Origin: Nitrospirota bacterium
Lineage (GTDB): Bacteria > Nitrospirota > Thermodesulfovibrionia > Thermodesulfovibrionales > Dissulfurispiraceae
Assembly (NCBI GenBank): GCA_963790025.1
Contig: CAWBMP010000005.1
Coordinates: forward strand, 352,001 to 416,000
DNA length: 64,000 nucleotides
Reading direction: 5' to 3'
The position numbers and the translations under genes are program-made. The notes beneath the pieces are model-generated. The model was not told the origin of the DNA, searched no databases, and saw only the letters and a program-made list of their open reading frames with translations. Position 1 is the stretch's first letter; each line of letters begins with the position of its first letter. This document shows positions 42,678 through 52,893 of this stretch, in pieces.

Positions 42678-44306
42678 CTAAGATCGTCCGGTCACCCTAA
42701 ACTTGCTCATGTTATGGTTGAGGCTTACCGACAGATTCAATAGGTTGGTCGCCTCCTTATTTATCTGACCGGAGGCAGTGGCTGTTTCCTTTGACACTGT
42801 TGCTACGATCTCAATGTCACTGCTTATATGCTCCGAAACAGTTGACATCTCCTCTGTTGCTGCCGCTATCTGCTCTACCATGGAGTGCAGCCCGCTCACG
42901 CTGTCGAGTATCTTGTTAAGACTTGCCCCCGCTCGAGTGGCGAGGTCCACCCCCACGCTTACCTTTCTTGATCCCTCTTCCATCGATCCTACAGCAGTTT
43001 CCGCCGCCTGTTGTATTGCCGCTATCATATCTCCTATCTCTTTGGCCGAGTTGGTTGTTTTTTCCGCGAGTTTCCTCACTTCATCCGATACCACTGCGAA
43101 TCCCTTGCCCTGCTCCCCTGCACGCGCAGCTTCTATTGCGGCATTTAGCGCAAGAAGATTCGTCTGGTCCGCTATGTCCTTTATCACATTGACAATTTTC
43201 CCTATCGCCTTTGATTTCTCTCCAAGTGACTTCATTGTCTGCGCAAGACCTTCAACCGTATTTGCTATTTCCTGTACCTCCTCCACGGTTTTGTTTACAA
43301 CGTTAGCCCCCTCATTTGCTGTTTTTGAAGTGTCTGTTGCAGCTTCTGATATATTTGAGGCATTTCTTGCTATATCAATAACTGTTTGGGACATTTCTGT
43401 TGAGGCCGCTGCAACCTGTGACGCTCTCATTGTCTGCTCCTCTACACGTTTAGTCATCTGCACAACTGTTGTGGAAAACTCTTCAGACGTGGATGCAAGG
43501 CGACCGGAAGTGTCTAAAAGATTACCTATTATTTCTTTCAGAAACTTCTGCATGTTGTTAATAGCTTCGGCAAGAATGCCTACTTCATCTGCCGACTTTA
43601 TATCCACGTTTTCGAACGATAAATCCCCGCGTGCTATCGATTCAGCTCTTGTAGTCAGATTTGATAAGGGACCTATTATCTTTTTAGTAAGAATGACGTA
43701 AAACCCTATGCATCCCACTATGGAAATCACCGAGACTGTTGCTATTACAATTTTAACCTTAAACATGAAATTCTTTATATTTTCAATTCTGACTTTAAAT
43801 GTTTCCTTCTGTACTTTTATTATTCCGAGCAGTTCTGACCTCACACTTCTCCATTTTGGGGTCTCCGTTTGAACCAGCAATGCGGTTGCTTCCTCTTTCT
43901 TGTCCGAAATTGCAAGTTGCTGGACCTCTGTTTTCAATTTGTCAACTTCGTCCCAGAGTAGTCTTATGTTCCTTAATCTTTCCTGCATGCCGTCCTGAGA
44001 TAGTTTAATGGCTTCGTCGCAGGCTTTAATAAAATCCTCATTAGCGTTCCTATAATTTTCTTTTGCCTTTTGGTCACCAGGGTTTAACAAGACATTTCTT
44101 GTAGCTTGTTCAGTCTGAAGTCCATTAGCATACATATTGTTCAAATCCAGCAATAATGTCTGGTCAATGCGTATTAGATTTTCCGTTTCCGTATTTATTC
44201 TTTCATTAGTGACAAAAGAAAGGCCGATGAGTCCGCTTAAAATTACTATGCCTGCAACTATCGAATACTGCAAAAAATGTTTAATGGTCAAATTAGTCAT
44301 AATCAT
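42678..44306 (-). CDS. Methyl-accepting chemotaxis protein (2 TM, helical sensor, HAMP, signalling domain)
   Basis: [41 protein letters not shown] before ATG 44306. Confidence 0.97.
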   Translation of the reverse strand: MIMTNLTIKHFLQYSIVAGIVILSGLIGLSFVTNERINTETENLIRIDQTLLLDLNNMYANGLQTEQATRNVLLNPGDQKAKENYRNANEDFIKACDEAIKLSQDGMQERLRNIRLLWDEVDKLKTEVQQLAISDKKEEATALLVQTETPKWRSVRSELLGIIKVQKETFKVRIENIKNFMFKVKIVIATVSVISIVGCIGFYVILTKKIIGPLSNLTTRAESIARGDLSFENVDIKSADEVGILAEAINNMQKFLKEIIGNLLDTSGRLASTSEEFSTTVVQMTKRVEEQTMRASQVAAASTEMSQTVIDIARNASNISEAATDTSKTANEGANVVNKTVEEVQEIANTVEGLAQTMKSLGEKSKAIGKIVNVIKDIADQTNLLALNAAIEAARAGEQGKGFAVVSDEVRKLAEKTTNSAKEIGDMIAAIQQAAETAVGSMEEGSRKVSVGVDLATRAGASLNKILDSVSGLHSMVEQIAAATEEMSTVSEHISSDIEIVATVSKETATASGQINKEATNLLNLSVSLNHNMSKFRVTGRS

Positions 44307-44397
44307 AGATATCCTCCGCAAAACTTATGTCAAATTTGATCTGGAGTAAAGCATTCTTATTCTATTCCTAATTGCAACGATAAATATAACATAAAGT

Positions 44398-44922
44398 TTA
44401 GCATAATTTATATTTCGTAATGATTTGAGAGCATACTTCCTCCTGCCTAAGATCCCCGCACTCGATTGTGATATCGGCATACTTCCTGTACAGGTCGAAA
44501 CGTTCTTTAAACAGGTCCGCCATGCTCTGGTCCGGGCGTCTGGCAAGGCCCCTCTCGTCAAAATTGGCAACCCTCGCTTCCAAAACAGGCAAGTCCACGT
44601 CAAGAAAAACAATGACACCGAGTGATTTCAGGTGCTGCATGGCAGAATGGCTATATACGGCACTGCCCCCGGTGGCGATTACATGGCTGATGCATCGGAG
44701 GTTTAAAAGAATATCTTCCTCTATCTTGCGCAAGGCCATGTGGCCTTCCATATTGACTATATCCTGAAGGGAACGTCCCTGTGATGTCTGAATGATGACG
44801 TCGGTATCAACAAAATTGCGCGATGTCATTTTGGCCAGAATGACTCCGACCGTGCTCTTGCCTGAACCAGGCATCCCGATTAAAACGATATTGGACTTGT
44901 ACCGGTCCGTTTCACTGCCCAT
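44398..44922 (-). CDS. aroK: Shikimate kinase
   Basis: IGMPGSGKST, VDTD, IATGGS. Confidence 0.9.
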   Translation of the reverse strand: MGSETDRYKSNIVLIGMPGSGKSTVGVILAKMTSRNFVDTDVIIQTSQGRSLQDIVNMEGHMALRKIEEDILLNLRCISHVIATGGSAVYSHSAMQHLKSLGVIVFLDVDLPVLEARVANFDERGLARRPDQSMADLFKERFDLYRKYADITIECGDLRQEEVCSQIITKYKLC

Positions 44923-45268
44923 ATTTCACCTGCGCTCTCTTTCTGCTCTTTGATTTTTGTTTTCTTATTCGCTTCCTTTCGGCGTCTTCAGCTGTAGGTC
45001 CGCCGGACCTGCGCTCGATTGCTTCGGCAAGTTCGCGCCGGGCGAGAAAGCGGTTCACCGATTGACTCCGCTCCCTCATGCATTTTATTTCTATGCCGGT
45101 TGGTATATGCCTTAGATAAACGCAACTGGACGTTTTGTTTACATGCTGCCCGCCTTTTCCTGAAGATTGTATGAATTGCTCCTCGATGTCCTTCTCGGCA
45201 ATTCCGAGTTCCTCCATCTTCTTCCGGAGCCACCTGTTTTTTTCATCGCTGACAGCGAAACTGATCAT
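44912..45268 (-). CDS. Small GGQ peptidyl-tRNA hydrolase / release-factor-like protein (ArfB/mtRF-R-like)
   Basis: SSGKGGQHVNKT, RERSQSVNR, basic C-terminal tail. Confidence 0.9.
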   Translation of the reverse strand: MISFAVSDEKNRWLRKKMEELGIAEKDIEEQFIQSSGKGGQHVNKTSSCVYLRHIPTGIEIKCMRERSQSVNRFLARRELAEAIERRSGGPTAEDAERKRIRKQKSKSRKRAQVKYGQ

Positions 45269-45384
45269 GCTATCCCCGCAAAAAGAACTTTTTTAGTGAT
45301 TATAGCATACAAGAAATCAGACACCGGCATGTCGGTAGCGGTTTGACTGCCGTCTTATCTTATTTTCTGTGCTATCATTTTACT

Positions 45385-45798
45385 ATGCAATTCGAGATAA
45401 TCGATATTTCGGGGGATGTCGGCATTAAAGCATATGGGAACAGCATCTCAGAAGCATACGCGAATGCCGGCATGGGAATGTACAGCCTTATTACTGATCT
45501 CGGTGGCGTCGATGAGCGCGAAACCGTCACTTTCGAAGTCAGCGGAGGTTCCGCGGAGGGTTTGCTTGTCGCCTATCTCAATGAACTGATATTTCGTTTT
45601 GACACCTACGGTTTTATCGGCAGAAGGGTTGAGGTGCCTGACATTTCGGACCGGAGCATACGTGTAATAGTGCACGGCGATGAGTTTGATCCTGAGAGGC
45701 ACGAACGGCGATTGCTTATAAAGGCTGCAACATACCATAATATTAAAGTAAGACATGATGACGGTGCCTGGGAAGTGGAAGTTGTTTTTGATATATAA
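45385..45798 (+). CDS. Archease
   Basis: IDISGDVGIKAYG, IKAATYH, VVFDI; directly upstream of rtcB. Confidence 0.92.
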   Translation: MQFEIIDISGDVGIKAYGNSISEAYANAGMGMYSLITDLGGVDERETVTFEVSGGSAEGLLVAYLNELIFRFDTYGFIGRRVEVPDISDRSIRVIVHGDEFDPERHERRLLIKAATYHNIKVRHDDGAWEVEVVFDI

Positions 45799-45811
45799 AG
45801 GGTAATTTTAC

Positions 45812-47257
45812 ATGATGAATGAGAAGCTCAAAAGAATAGATGAAAACAGGCTTGAAGTGCCTCGTGAATACAAACCGGGCATGAGGACGCACGGCATTAT
45901 CTATGCCGATAGTGTTCTCGAGGAAGTACTGGAGCAGGGCTCTGTGGATCAGGTGGCCAATGTCGCTTCGTTGCCCGGTATTGTAGGAGCTTCAATGGCA
46001 ATGCCGGATGTGCATACCGGGTATGGGTTCCCAATAGGCGGTGTCGCTGCATTTGATCTTAAGGAGGGGGTAATTTCTCCCGGCGGCGTCGGATACGATA
46101 TCAACTGTGGGGTAAGGCTCTTGAGAAGTAATCTTGACAGGGACCACCTGCTGCCGCATGTTAAGGGGCTGATGGACATGCTTTTTAAGGAGGTCCCGGC
46201 TGGTGTGGGGTCAAAAGGAAGGGTCAGGCTGGCGCCTGCAGATGAGGAAAGAGTGCTGCTCAAGGGAGCCGGTTGGGCGGTCGAAAAAGGCTTTGGCGAG
46301 GCGGATGATCTCGATCGGATTGAATCAGGTGGCTGCCTTGAAGGCGCTGATCCATCACTGGTGAGCAAAAAGGCTTATGAAAGGGGCAGGGCGCAGCAGG
46401 GCACACTGGGATCGGGAAATCATTTCCTCGAAATCCAGTATGTCGATATGATATATGATGAAGAGGCCGCAAGGGCGCTGAATCTCTTTGCAAATCAGAT
46501 AACGGTAATGATACATACGGGCTCGCGTGGGTTCGGCCATCAGGTCTGCACCGACTTCCTTGAGGTGATGGCGCGGGCCGCCCAGAAGTACCGCATCGAA
46601 CTTCCCGACAGGGAACTTGCCTGTGCACCCTTCGGCAGTGTCGAGGCGCAGGAGTATCTTGCTGCAATGAAAGCGGCGGCCAATTATGCATGGGCCAACA
46701 GGCAGTGTCTTATGCACTGGGCGCGGGAGGCCTTCATGTCGGTGCTTTCGATCGGGCCTCGTGATCTGGGCATGGCGCTCGTTTACGATGTTGCCCATAA
46801 TATAGCAAAGGTCGAAGAACATACGGTGAACGGGCGGAAGATTAAACTGGTAGTTCACAGAAAAGGCAGCACCAGGGCATTTCCTCCCGGTCATCCGGAA
46901 CTGCCTGCTGCATATCGTGATATTGGGCAGCCCGTGCTAATTCCCGGAGATATGGGGCGGGCGTCGTTTGTCCTTCTGGGAACGGAAAAAGCAATGCAGG
47001 AGACCTATGGTTCTACTTGCCATGGCGCGGGGAGAATGCTTTCCAGGCATCAGGCCATCAGACAGGCAAAGGGGCGTGCTATCTGGAGAGAATTGGCGGA
47101 CAAGGGGATTACAGTGAAATCATCAGGAAGAGAAACACTTGCCGAAGAGATGCCTGAGGCATACAAGGATGTGTCCAGTGTAGTTAATGTAGTTCATAAC
47201 GCAGGTATTTCCAGAAAGGTGGCCCGTCTACGGCCTATAGGTGTCATTAAGGGATGA
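45812..47257 (+). CDS. rtcB: RNA-splicing/repair ligase RtcB (archaeal/eukaryote-like long form)
   Basis: MPDVHTGYGFPIGG, GYDINCG, GNHFLE, HRKG, CHGAGR. Confidence 0.97.
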   Translation: MMNEKLKRIDENRLEVPREYKPGMRTHGIIYADSVLEEVLEQGSVDQVANVASLPGIVGASMAMPDVHTGYGFPIGGVAAFDLKEGVISPGGVGYDINCGVRLLRSNLDRDHLLPHVKGLMDMLFKEVPAGVGSKGRVRLAPADEERVLLKGAGWAVEKGFGEADDLDRIESGGCLEGADPSLVSKKAYERGRAQQGTLGSGNHFLEIQYVDMIYDEEAARALNLFANQITVMIHTGSRGFGHQVCTDFLEVMARAAQKYRIELPDRELACAPFGSVEAQEYLAAMKAAANYAWANRQCLMHWAREAFMSVLSIGPRDLGMALVYDVAHNIAKVEEHTVNGRKIKLVVHRKGSTRAFPPGHPELPAAYRDIGQPVLIPGDMGRASFVLLGTEKAMQETYGSTCHGAGRMLSRHQAIRQAKGRAIWRELADKGITVKSSGRETLAEEMPEAYKDVSSVVNVVHNAGISRKVARLRPIGVIKG

Positions 47258-48072
47258 TCGGCAAAAAACTTGTTATAGGCAGGATACCGTACGCAAATTT
47301 ATATCCTATTTTTTATATACTCGATCATGATATCGATTGCTCGTCATATACTTTCGTGGAGGGCGTGCCTTCCCGCCTGAACAGGATGCTCAGGGAAGGC
47401 GAAGTGGATGTCAGTCCCTCCTCATCCCTGGAATATCTCAGGAACCTTGAACTTTACGGTATAATCAGTAATCACTCTATCAGCTCCAGGGGACCAGTGG
47501 GGAGCATCTTCCTTTTTGCCCCGAAGCCAGTTGAAGAACTGGACGGTAAAGTAATCTTTGCATCATCACAGTCCGAAACATCGGTTGCCCTCCTCAAGAT
47601 TATTCTGAGGAAGTTTTACGGCTTGTCTGTGACTGTAGAGACGGTGCCGAATCCCGTGCGGTACGGAGCGGCCTTTCTTGTGATCGGCGACGATGCATTG
47701 AAATACGGTGCGGAAGTGCGCAAACGCGGGGCCGCGGGACTACCGGGCTTCGGTTCTACAGTGCTTATGTATGATCTCGGCGAGATATGGTACCGGCAAA
47801 CCGGCCTGCCTTTCGTTTTTGCCCTCTGGATAGTGCGGAATGATATGTCCGGCAAGCAGGAACTCTTTGATAAATTTGCTAAAGACCTGGACAGGGCCAA
47901 AGAAGCCGCTCTCAAAAAGCTTCCCGAGATTGCCCGACACCCTCCGATAGGGTCATTCATGACGCAAGAAGATATCCTGGCGTACTGGGAGAAGCTCGAT
48001 TACGAGCTTTCGGCAGAGCACTTGAAGGGCCTCGCACTGTTTGACCGGTACAGGAAAGAGGTTTCCGGCTGA
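47254..48072 (+). CDS. mqnA: Chorismate dehydratase-like (futalosine pathway)
   Basis: GRIPYANLYP, SETSVAL, VIGDDAL, DLGEIW...GLPFVFALW. Confidence 0.88.
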   Translation: MIGKKLVIGRIPYANLYPIFYILDHDIDCSSYTFVEGVPSRLNRMLREGEVDVSPSSSLEYLRNLELYGIISNHSISSRGPVGSIFLFAPKPVEELDGKVIFASSQSETSVALLKIILRKFYGLSVTVETVPNPVRYGAAFLVIGDDALKYGAEVRKRGAAGLPGFGSTVLMYDLGEIWYRQTGLPFVFALWIVRNDMSGKQELFDKFAKDLDRAKEAALKKLPEIARHPPIGSFMTQEDILAYWEKLDYELSAEHLKGLALFDRYRKEVSG

Positions 48073-48081
48073 TGTTATTCC

Positions 48082-48110
48082 TTGAGATTTTTAGTGAAGA
48101 TTGTTAGTAT
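48082..48110 (+). promoter_or_regulatory. Sigma70-type promoter for yajC-secDF
   Basis: TTGAGA-N17-TAGTAT. Confidence 0.55.
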
Positions 48111-48180
48111 ATAAGTCGAACTTCAAAAGCTTCCTTTTGTTAATTATAGTGAAAATTATTGTCCAATACGGAGGTGTATA

Positions 48181-48534
48181 ATGTTGAGTTTATTTAATTT
48201 CGCTACGGATGCGTATGCCATGGGAGCTGTTCCGCAGGCCGGCGGGCAGGGAGGCGGGGTAGCTGGTATGCTGAGCAGTCTTCTGCCTCTTGTACTTATC
48301 TTTGTTGTTTTTTATTTCCTGCTCATACGGCCCCAGCAGAAGAAGGCGAAAGACCACCAGCACATGCTCGACAGTGTCAAAAAGGGTGACAAGGTTATCA
48401 CCGCAGGCGGCATTTATGGCGTTGTTGAAAGTGTAGGCACCAATACTCTTGTCGTTAAAATAGCGGAAAACGTTAGGGTAAAATTCGGCAAAGGCTATAT
48501 CGCGACGGTGCGTGCGGCAGCCGACGAGGATTAA
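48181..48534 (+). CDS. yajC: Preprotein translocase subunit YajC
   Basis: FYFLLIRPQQKK, GDKVITAGGIYG. Confidence 0.97.
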   Translation: MLSLFNFATDAYAMGAVPQAGGQGGGVAGMLSSLLPLVLIFVVFYFLLIRPQQKKAKDHQHMLDSVKKGDKVITAGGIYGVVESVGTNTLVVKIAENVRVKFGKGYIATVRAAADED

Positions 48535-48552
48535 CGGGGGGATACACGGCTC

Positions 48553-50175
48553 ATGAAGAAAGGTATAATTTGGAGGGTCGGTATTATTGCTGTAATGGTC
48601 GTGGTTGCGGTCATTTTCTTTTTGCCGAACACGCCGCTGTTTCAGGACATGCCCGATTTCTGGAAGAAGAATATGCCTAATAAAGGCATAGTTCTAGGTC
48701 TTGACCTGCAAGGCGGTATCCATCTTGTATTTGAGGTGGAGGGTGATAAGGCGGTCGAAATAGCTACCGAGCGTGTCGCCACTACCCTTAATGGTATTTT
48801 CGAAAGAAAGAAAATCAATGCCGGCGCCAGGCAGGAAGGGCTGTTTGTCACGGTGACACCGGCCAATATGGATGTGAGAAAGGTTGTGGAGGATACGTAT
48901 CCTGCACTGTCGCTCGCAGAAAGCTCGGGTGTCCTGAAATACCAGCTGTCTGTGAAGGAAAAGCAGCATATTAAAGATACGGCCACGGACCAGGTATTGG
49001 AAATTATCAGGAACAGGATAGACCAGTTCGGCGTTTCGGAACCGACTATCCAGCGCCAGGCCGAAAACGAGATCGTCGTTGAACTGCCGGGCGTAAAAGA
49101 TCCTAAGAGGGCTGTGGAGATTATCGGCAAGACGGCGCAGTTGGAGTTCAAGCTTGTTGACGATGAGACCCCGGTTGCCGCCGAACTGCCTGCTTCAATC
49201 CTGCCCGGTGAAGAAACTCAGATGATTGAGCGGCTGAAAAATAAACTGCCCGATGGCGATGAAATACTGTATCAGAGGGTTGTGAACAAGGAGACTGGTG
49301 TTGTTACAAGGAAGCCTATTGTCCTTAAGAAGCGGACACTGCTTACCGGCGACCTTTTGACAGAGGCAAAGGTGAATATTGACCAGAGGTTCAACGAACC
49401 ATATGTGTCGATAACGTTTAACGCCACAGGTTCAAAGATTTTTGAAGACATTACAGGTCAGAACGTTAAGAAGCGGCTTGCTATTATTCTTGACGGCAAT
49501 GTTTACTCAGCTCCAGTTATACAGGAGAAGATAAGCGGCGGGAATGCCCAGATAACGGGGAGCTTTGGTATGGAAGAGGCGAGAGATCTGGCAATCGTTC
49601 TCAGGGCCGGTGCGTTGCCTGCGCCTGTCAAGATCCTCCAGAACGTCACGGTCGGCCCCTCTCTCGGCAGGGATTCAATTGAGGCCGGCAAACTGGCCGG
49701 AATAATAGGCACGATAATGGTCGTAGTTTTTATGATTTTCTATTACCGGTTGTCCGGCGTCATCGCGGATTTTGCGCTTATACTGAATTTACTGCTCCTG
49801 ATGGGAGCTATGGCGTCAATCAATTCGACACTTACCATGCCGGGAATCGCAGGGATTATCCTTGCCGTCGGTATGGCCGTCGATTCCAATGTCCTGATGT
49901 TTGAAAGGATGAGGGAGGAACTGCGGAGCGGAAAAGGTCCGAGGGCTTCTGTGGACGGCGGCTACAAGAAGGCGTTCTGGACTATTTTCGACTCGCATGT
50001 TACGACACTTATAACAGCCGCAGTATTATTCCAGTTCGGCACTGGCCCGATAAAGGGGTTTGCCGTTACCCTGAGTTTGGGAGTTGCGATCAATCTGTTC
50101 ACAGCGCTTATCGGGACCAAGACTGTCTTTGACATTATGTTTTCCAAAAAAGAAACGCAGGGGCTCAGCATATGA
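48553..50175 (+). CDS. secD: Protein translocase subunit SecD
   Basis: [29 protein letters not shown]. Confidence 0.98.
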   Translation: MKKGIIWRVGIIAVMVVVAVIFFLPNTPLFQDMPDFWKKNMPNKGIVLGLDLQGGIHLVFEVEGDKAVEIATERVATTLNGIFERKKINAGARQEGLFVTVTPANMDVRKVVEDTYPALSLAESSGVLKYQLSVKEKQHIKDTATDQVLEIIRNRIDQFGVSEPTIQRQAENEIVVELPGVKDPKRAVEIIGKTAQLEFKLVDDETPVAAELPASILPGEETQMIERLKNKLPDGDEILYQRVVNKETGVVTRKPIVLKKRTLLTGDLLTEAKVNIDQRFNEPYVSITFNATGSKIFEDITGQNVKKRLAIILDGNVYSAPVIQEKISGGNAQITGSFGMEEARDLAIVLRAGALPAPVKILQNVTVGPSLGRDSIEAGKLAGIIGTIMVVVFMIFYYRLSGVIADFALILNLLLLMGAMASINSTLTMPGIAGIILAVGMAVDSNVLMFERMREELRSGKGPRASVDGGYKKAFWTIFDSHVTTLITAAVLFQFGTGPIKGFAVTLSLGVAINLFTALIGTKTVFDIMFSKKETQGLSI

Positions 50176-51096
50176 TAGAGCTTATAAGAAATCCCAATAT
50201 AGATTTTATGGGCAAAAGGAAGTACGCATTTACGTTTTCGGGCATCCTTTCTCTCATCGGCATTTTTGCCATTATCCAGATTCTCGCTCGGCAACGCAAA
50301 CCTGGGTGTTGATTTTGCCGGTGGGACCGCTGTACAGATCAAGTTTGCCCATTCGGTCCCGCTACACCAGGTTAGGCTTGCGCTCGAACAGGGCGGGCTT
50401 AAGGATTTCGATCTCCAGGACTTGCCTACTGAAAACAAAATACTTGTCAGAGTAAAAAAACAGGAAGAAAAACTGGGCGGCGTTTCCGACAAAATAACAC
50501 AGGTGCTATCGCAGAAGTTTTCTGAACAAAAGCCTGTTATTGACTCCACCACTGAAATAGGCCCGAAAGTAGGCTCCAGGCTGAGAAAGGATGCGCTGTG
50601 GGCTGTTCTCATTGCAACAGGCGCGATACTGCTGTATGTCGCCTGGAGGTTCCAGTTCAGGTTCGGCATAGGGGCCACCATTGCCACATTTCATGATGTG
50701 CTTGCCGTGCTCGGCGTTTTTTATTTGCTGAATAAGGAGATGAATTTAATTGTCCTTAGCGCGCTGCTGACTATTGCAGGTTACTCTCTTACCGATACAG
50801 TTGTGGTATTCGACAGGATAAGGGAAAACATCAAGCGCTATGTGAAGGACCCTGTAGACGTTGTGATCAACAAGAGCATTAATGAAGTGCTTTCCAGGAC
50901 TATTGTGACCTCTTTAACTGTCTTTCTGTCAGCGCTCGCCTTATTCCTGTTCGGTGGAGAGGTCATTCATGACTTTGCACTGGCCATGCTATGCGGTGTT
51001 GCTGTGGGCACTTACTCCTCCGTCTTCGTTGCAAGTCCGGTTGTCATTCTTCTCGGAAAAAAAGGTAGCGGCAAAGCGGCAATAGGCGGCCGTTAG
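50172..51096 (+). pseudogene. secF: SecF with +1 frameshift near 50282 (real lesion or sequencing error)
   Basis: ATG 50172 gives [20 protein letters not shown]...IIQI then a stop at 50310-50312; the rest (SLGNANLGVDFAGG...FHD...DRIREN) is in the +1 frame. Confidence 0.93.
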
Positions 51097-51122
51097 GCTG
51101 CCAGGCCAAGGAGGGCCGGCTC

Positions 51123-52892
51123 ATGGCTACAAACGGGATGACAAGCAGGTGGACCGTAAACAGGACCAATCCCGAATATATTGCATATATTTCGGGGACA
51201 GCTTCAATATCACAGCTGCTTGCGCAGGTGCTGGTCAACAGGGGCGTGAAAACCCCGGCACAGATTGACGCCTTTCTGAATCCAGATATCGGCAAATTTG
51301 CCGATCCCTTTGAGTTGCCTCAATTGAAAACCGCAATTGAAAGAATACGTGTGGCCAAAAAAAATGGTGAGCGGGTCCTGGTTCATGGTGATTACGATGC
51401 CGATGGCGTTACGGCAACTGCGATCATGGTGGAGGGTTTGAGAGAGTACGGGCTCGAGGTCTATTTCTTCGTTCCCGATAGGATACAGCACGGCTATGGG
51501 TTCGGCGCCGCAGGTGTCGAAAGGGCAGCAGCGCTGGGGACAAAGCTCATTGTGACAGTTGACTGCGGTATCTCTTCCTTTGACGCTGCGGCAGCCGCAC
51601 GCTCCCGTGGTATCGATGTCATTATTACCGACCATCACGAACCTGTTAGAAAAACAGGTACAGGCAAAGGTATAGGCAGAGAAGAAAAGGAAAACACTAT
51701 ACATGTACCTTTACCTGTTTTACCGGATGCCGTGGCGGTTGTCAACCCGAAGGCTGAAGAGTGTCCCCTTGAAATGGCACATCTGTCCGGGGCGGGCGTA
51801 GCTATGAAGTTTGTTCAGGGACTATTTGAGAATAACATCGACGCTGTTTATAAGTTTTTTGATCTTGCAGCAATAGGGACGCTTGCGGATGTCGTGCCGG
51901 TCCTTAATGACAACAGGATCATTATAAGGGAAGGCATGAAAGTACTGCAATCAGGTGAGCGTATTGGCTTCAAGGCGCTCCGGCAAGCGGCGGGAATCCG
52001 CGCAGACTCATTCAAAGCGTCATCTTTAAGTTATACGCTTATTCCGAGAATCAATGCCGCCGGCAGAGTGGACAATGCGACGGATGTCGTAAAACTCCTG
52101 ATAGCCAGGTCTGAAAGCGAGGCTGAACAACTTGCCGGATGGATGAACGGTCTGAATACCAGGCGGCAGGAAATAGAGGGGTCTGTTTATAACGAGGCGC
52201 TGAAAATGGTGGACACAATGGACTCCATGGACAGTGCGTTGGTCATCGCCTCCGAGGGATGGCATGTGGGGGTCATCGGTATTGTGGCGTCGAAGATTGC
52301 CGAGAAGTATTACCGGCCCACTATTGTTCTTTCGATCGACGGTGGAATTGCAAAGGGTTCCGGCCGGAGCATACCTTCTTTTGATCTTTATGAAGGGCTT
52401 ACGCAGTGCAGAGATGTTCTTACCCGATTCGGAGGGCATAAGCAGGCAGCGGGGTTAAGCCTGCAGGCTGCGGATCTCGAACACTTTAGAAGCCTGTTCT
52501 GCCGCGAAGTTCGCGAGAGTCTGTCCGAGGAGGATTTTCAGCCGGTCCTGTTTATCGATAGTGCAGTAAGAATATCGGATATCAGCACCGGGCTTGTAGA
52601 TGAGCTTGCAAGGATGGAGCCTTTCGGCTATAGTAATGATGAGCCGGTATTCGGCTCCAGGGGGCTTGAGGTTGTGCAGCCACGGATAGTGGGAAATAAT
52701 CACCTGAAGATGCGTCTTAGGCAAAACGGCAGCAGGATAGACAGCATAGGTTTTGATTTTGGTGCTATGCTCGGTGCCGTTGAAGAGAGCGGTATGATAG
52801 ATGCGGCCTTTGTGCCGACGATCAATGAATGGGATGGCGGCAGATTTTTGCAGTTAAACCTTAAAGCGATAAGGCCGTCGGTGAGAGAATAA
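51123..52892 (+). CDS. recJ: ssDNA exonuclease RecJ
   Basis: GDYDADG, TVDCG, TDHH, PRINAAGR, GGHKQAAG. Confidence 0.97.
   Translation: MATNGMTSRWTVNRTNPEYIAYISGTASISQLLAQVLVNRGVKTPAQIDAFLNPDIGKFADPFELPQLKTAIERIRVAKKNGERVLVHGDYDADGVTATAIMVEGLREYGLEVYFFVPDRIQHGYGFGAAGVERAAALGTKLIVTVDCGISSFDAAAAARSRGIDVIITDHHEPVRKTGTGKGIGREEKENTIHVPLPVLPDAVAVVNPKAEECPLEMAHLSGAGVAMKFVQGLFENNIDAVYKFFDLAAIGTLADVVPVLNDNRIIIREGMKVLQSGERIGFKALRQAAGIRADSFKASSLSYTLIPRINAAGRVDNATDVVKLLIARSESEAEQLAGWMNGLNTRRQEIEGSVYNEALKMVDTMDSMDSALVIASEGWHVGVIGIVASKIAEKYYRPTIVLSIDGGIAKGSGRSIPSFDLYEGLTQCRDVLTRFGGHKQAAGLSLQAADLEHFRSLFCREVRESLSEEDFQPVLFIDSAVRISDISTGLVDELARMEPFGYSNDEPVFGSRGLEVVQPRIVGNNHLKMRLRQNGSRIDSIGFDFGAMLGAVEESGMIDAAFVPTINEWDGGRFLQLNLKAIRPSVRE
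51651..51721. repeat. In-frame hexamer palindrome inside recJ
   Basis: AAAACAGGTACAGGCAAAGGTATAGGC ... TATACATGTACCTTTACCTGTTTT; 10-bp perfect terminal inverted repeat. Confidence 0.8.
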
Positions 52893-52893
52893 T

